From positions 5,518,001-5,582,000 of the forward strand of contig NC_083231.1 of the NCBI RefSeq assembly GCF_032191835.1: a stretch of DNA of 64,000 nucleotides, given 5' to 3'. The notes beneath the pieces were generated by a model that was given only the letters and a program-made list of their open reading frames with translations, was not told the origin of the DNA and searched no databases. The translations under genes and the position numbers were made by a program. The stretch comes from Heteronotia binoei. Its lineage: Eukaryota. This document shows, piece after piece, positions 60,081 to 64,000 of this stretch; within the stretch, counting starts at the first letter, position 1; the number at the start of each line of letters is the position of its first letter.

Positions 60081-60950
60081 CTAATACCATCTCTGGGCAA
60101 GAAAATATTTCCCAAGTGGTAGAGAAACCATCCCTACCATTTATTTAAACAAGTGGGCAAAAGAAAAAGCTCATTCCAAATATAATTTATAGTCTAACCC
60201 AAATCTCTTCTGAAAGTGAATTTTAATGGCTTTTAGAAACATCAAAAGAAAGAAAAACACACACACTAATGGAATTTGCTGCTGTTGACTTATATTCCTG
60301 CCACACACTTCCATTTATCTGCACTCTGGCTTGTGTTAGTGGCTGAATCTTGTTATTCTCGACATGGAGGAGTCCTTACATGGTGACTGTACTTCATCAG
60401 TGTAATGAAGTTAACACTGAGTGAGATCTGCTAGCAGCATAGTGGCTGAATGTGTTGAGTTAGGAGCCAGACTGTCATGAGTTCAAATCTCAGCTCTGCT
60501 ATGACTGTTCTAAGTGGCCTGATGCAGAAACTTACAGGGCCAGTTCTTCAGGCAAGCACCCCACCAATGACTTTTGGGGGGACAGCATGAGGAGGAGGGC
60601 ACCGATGCACTGTGGAGGCTGTGCTTGCTCTTAGCCATCAATGGCATGAGAGTTATCTGACTGGGCCTGTGCACCACTGGCCAGGTCCAAGGTCCATCTT
60701 TATGGTGATCCTGTACATGGCTGGCTTGGGCCCTACTGACCTGCAGAGCTATCCATGCTGTTGTTGTTGAGCTTGATTAATCACCTTAGACCTGCCTTAG
60801 ACCTGCAGAGCCTTAGATGCCTTAACCTTAGACCTGCAGAGCTATCCATGTTTTTGTTGTTGTTGTTGAGCTTGATTAATCGCCCTATCCTAGCTCAAGC
60901 CTGTCAAGCATGCTATTTCTGGGCCTTGAACCATACAGTTATTAAAGTTA

Positions 60951-61131
60951 GAGTGTTTTCGCACTGACCTTACTCGGGAGCGACGTCCCTCTTCACCGCG
61001 CAGCATTTGCGTGGATTTCGCACTAATTGCTCCGCAGAACCCGGAAGAGCCACAAAGTCCCATGGCTTTTGCGTCGCAAATGTAAACTGGCCAAAAACCA
61101 GTGCGAAAACCAGGTCAGTGCGAAAACGCCC
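60951..61131. mobile_element. PIF/Harbinger-like MITE with one arm deleted
   Basis: Same left arm as 47866-48151; perfect TTA TSD (60948-60950 / 61132-61134). Confidence 0.8.
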
Positions 61132-61864
61132 TTAGTTTCCTTTCTTATTACTGTAAACCATTCTCCTCTCCCTTAGTTACATTTCAAAGAGTACTGTTCC
61201 CTTACCCCCCCCCCCCGTCTTTTTGCGCCTGGCTATACTTTCCCACCTTAGGGTAGAATTGTAGGGCTTGCAAGTAACTTTGATGATAGAATAAAGGAGG
61301 CGCCTCCCTCCAACTAGTTCCCATTCATCCTGCTTATCGGGGAATGTCTGGGAACACGGGAAGACTTAACCGCATGATAGTATTATTTGCATATTTGTAG
61401 CAATTCACAGGCACATGTTATAACCTATAGCTATCTCAACTGTTACCTTTGAAGTATCCTTTAAAACACTACACTTTCAGACTCTTTGTATCACTCTCAA
61501 GGTATCGTACCTTGAGACAGTACTGGATTATCAATAAAATGAGCAATTGTTTCAACTTTGAATCGTGATTGAAATACCAATGCTTGACAATGCCAGGCTC
61601 TGGGTGATGTACTAACATAAATTAACACAGCACACAATTAAGATTATAAAAGCTCAAATGGTGCTTGATAGGTTTTTTTCTGCATCCTGAACTGCCTGTC
61701 CTATGTTGTGGGGGGCCCATAATTAGAAGGTAATAATACTGATTTGGAGGTTGGCTGCTATGCTTATTGAGCTAGTGTATTGGATGTGTTGTAAATATCT
61801 GCTATGGTAAATACCTGCTAAATATATGCTATACTAGAGATGCTAAGAATTATTTTTTAACTAC

Positions 61865-62460
61865 ATCATAGAATCATAAAGTTGGAAGGGATCGTCATTG
61901 ACATCTAGTCCAACCCCCTGCACAAAGCAGGAAATTCACAAGTATGTTGCCCCTCCACACACACCCAGTGACACCTGCTCTATGCCCAGAAGATGGCAAA
62001 AAGAAAAGAAAACTCCCCAGGATCTCTGGCAAAACTGGCCTGGAGAAAAACTGCTGCCTGACCCCAGAGTGGCGAAAAAGCATTTCCCTGGGCATTGCTG
62101 TCAGATGGCCATCTAGCCTCTGCTTAAAAACCTCCAAGGAAGGAGAGCCCACCACCTCCCATGGAAGTCTATTCCACTGAGGAACCCCTCTCTAACAATC
62201 AGGAAGTTCGTCCTAATGTTTACCTGGAAACTCTTTTAATTTCTATTCGTTGGTTCTGGCCCAACCTTCTGGGGCCATGGAAAACAACTTGGCATCATCC
62301 TCTATATGACCACCCTTCAAGTACTTGAAGATGGTGATCATATCACCTCTCAGTTGTCTTCTCTCCAGGCTAAACATACCCAGCTCCTTCAACCTTCCCT
62401 TATAGGACTTGGTCTCCAGACACCTCACCATCTTTGTCGCCATCCTCTGGGAGGGCATGT
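61865..62460 (-). mobile_element. CR1 3' fragment
   Basis: [36 protein letters not shown] and a TATGATTCTATG end. Confidence 0.85.
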
Positions 62461-62477
62461 TTCAGCTTGTCTATATT

Positions 62478-63250
62478 AGGGGAGTTGGACTCATTTGTTA
62501 TGAGGGCCAGATCTGACATAAATGAGATGTGGTTGGGCTGGGCCATGTGTGTAATTAAATGTAATACTAAGTAGCAGAGATTAAAACTTCATAGAGGACA
62601 TAGACCCTAGGGCAGGGGTGTCAAAGGTGCAGCCCAAGGGCCAAATCAGGTCCCCAGAAGGCTCCTATCAGGCCAGCAAGTGACTCACTGTCATCTGCTT
62701 CCTTCTCTCTCACTTGCTTCCTTCTGCATCACAGCTTGCTTTGCCAGGCTTGTTGAATTGCACAGGAGCTACAGAGCAAAGCCTGTATTTTCTCCATTGG
62801 CTGACCAGAGTATGAAGTACGGTAACTTATTCACAAAAGCTTGCAATGCCCAGCCATTTCATGTTTTCCCCTGGGTCTTAGGCTTAAAGCACTGACCATG
62901 AGATTTCGGTAATGAATCAGTAAATCAAAGGAAGGTTTGCAATTTACAGACAGACACCTGAACAATGTCTAATCAGCTCACTCAAGATTGCTACCACACA
63001 GACATTGTCTCCAGATTTTGATGCAATAATCCAGAGCAAGTGTCAGTTATCAGAAACTGTTCAATCAACAAAATATTGCAAGAGTGCATATTTCATTTTA
63101 AGTTGTTTTTTTTTTTAAATATTGTGTTGGTCTGTGTCCATTATAAAGTTTTATCTTCACATTACATTTTATGACACGCATGGCCCCGGTCAACAAGGAC
63201 CCATTTATGTCAGATCCGGCCCTCATAACAAATGAGATTGACACCCCTGC
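62478..63250. mobile_element. hAT MITE with long TIRs, containing a nested hAT fragment
   Basis: ACTCATTTGTTATGAGGGCCAGATCTGACATAAATG versus CATTTATGTCAGATCCGGCCCTCATAACAAATGAG...GACACCCCTG. An inner CAGGGGTGTCAAA lies at ~62613. Confidence 0.65.
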
Positions 63251-63537
63251 CTATAAGCTGTATCTGGCTGCAACTCTTACTATCTTACTAAATTCTTGCT
63301 GTTGCTCACAGCAAGCCCGTCTTGGCTAAATGGCATTCTAATTATTTTAGATGCAAACAAGAGTATTACATTACATTTTCCAAGGAAATTTGCAAATTAT
63401 ATCCATGCGGGTTTTATCTCACTCACTTGCAAGCATGGAAAATTGAACCTAATATGTGATTCCTCTTTCTGAAATAAATGTGCGGTGCTTTCCTGGGATT
63501 AATGTACAGTCTATCTACTAGTCTATCTACTATCTAC

Positions 63538-64000
63538 TAGAAGAATAGATGCTTTTGAGCTGTGGTGCTGGAGAAGACTCTTGAGAGTCCCTTGGACTGC
63601 AAGAAGATCAAATCAGTCAGTCCTAAAGGAAAACAGCCCTGACTGTTCCCTGGAAGGTCAGATGCTGAAGCTGAAGCTCAAATACTTTGGCCACCCAATG
63701 AGAAGAGAGCACTCCCTGGAGAAGACTCTTGAGAGTCCCTTGGACTGCAAGAAGATCAAATCAGTCAGTCCTAAAGGAAAATCAACCCAGACTGTTCCCT
63801 GGAAGGTCAGATGCTGAAGCTGAAGCTCAAATACTTTGGCCACCCAATGAGAAGGGAGCACTCCCTGGAGAAGACTCTTGAGAGTCCCTTGGACTGCAAG
63901 AAGATCAAATCAGTCAGTCCTAAGGAAAATCAACCCTGACTATTCCCTGGAAGGTCAGATGCTGAAGCTGAAGCTGAAATACTTTGGCCACCAAATGAGA
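63538..64000 (+). mobile_element. BovB 3' fragment with tandem 148/149-bp units, running off the window
   Basis: CTGGAGAAGACTC recurs at 63568, 63716 and 63865. Peptide RVPWTARRSNQSVLKE...LKLKYFGH. Confidence 0.88.

Overview
Vertebrate genomic DNA, most likely a squamate reptile and probably a gecko (inferred from Squam2/Squam3/Sauria-type SINEs, BovB, CR1, L2, Penelope and DIRS repeats). One host gene is supported: BOD1L1 on the minus strand. It has a CpG-island promoter near 36.3-36.6 kb and ten exons that splice in frame (ATG at 36278 through the 5.9-kb exon 10, 13152-7227). Two further candidate exons follow: an 18-nt microexon at 6569-6586 and a 70-nt exon at 2751-2820. The remaining 3' exons were not identified and probably lie partly left of the window. 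The 37-64 kb region shows no host gene. It is a transposon stack: a full-length decayed L1 splitting a hAT MITE and carrying three nested inserts, a near-intact RTE LINE, a Neptune-type Penelope element, a decayed Gypsy element and several MITEs. The most notable points are the candidate microexon and possible intron-position difference from mammals, minimal hammerhead ribozymes (one sense-oriented in BOD1L1 intron 7), a TAATCC array in the L1 5'UTR, a miniature DIRS element and several SINE/LINE-derived tandem arrays. No wholly new biological system can be claimed from the sequence alone. Comparisons to human BOD1L1 and repeat-family names are from recall, not database searches.
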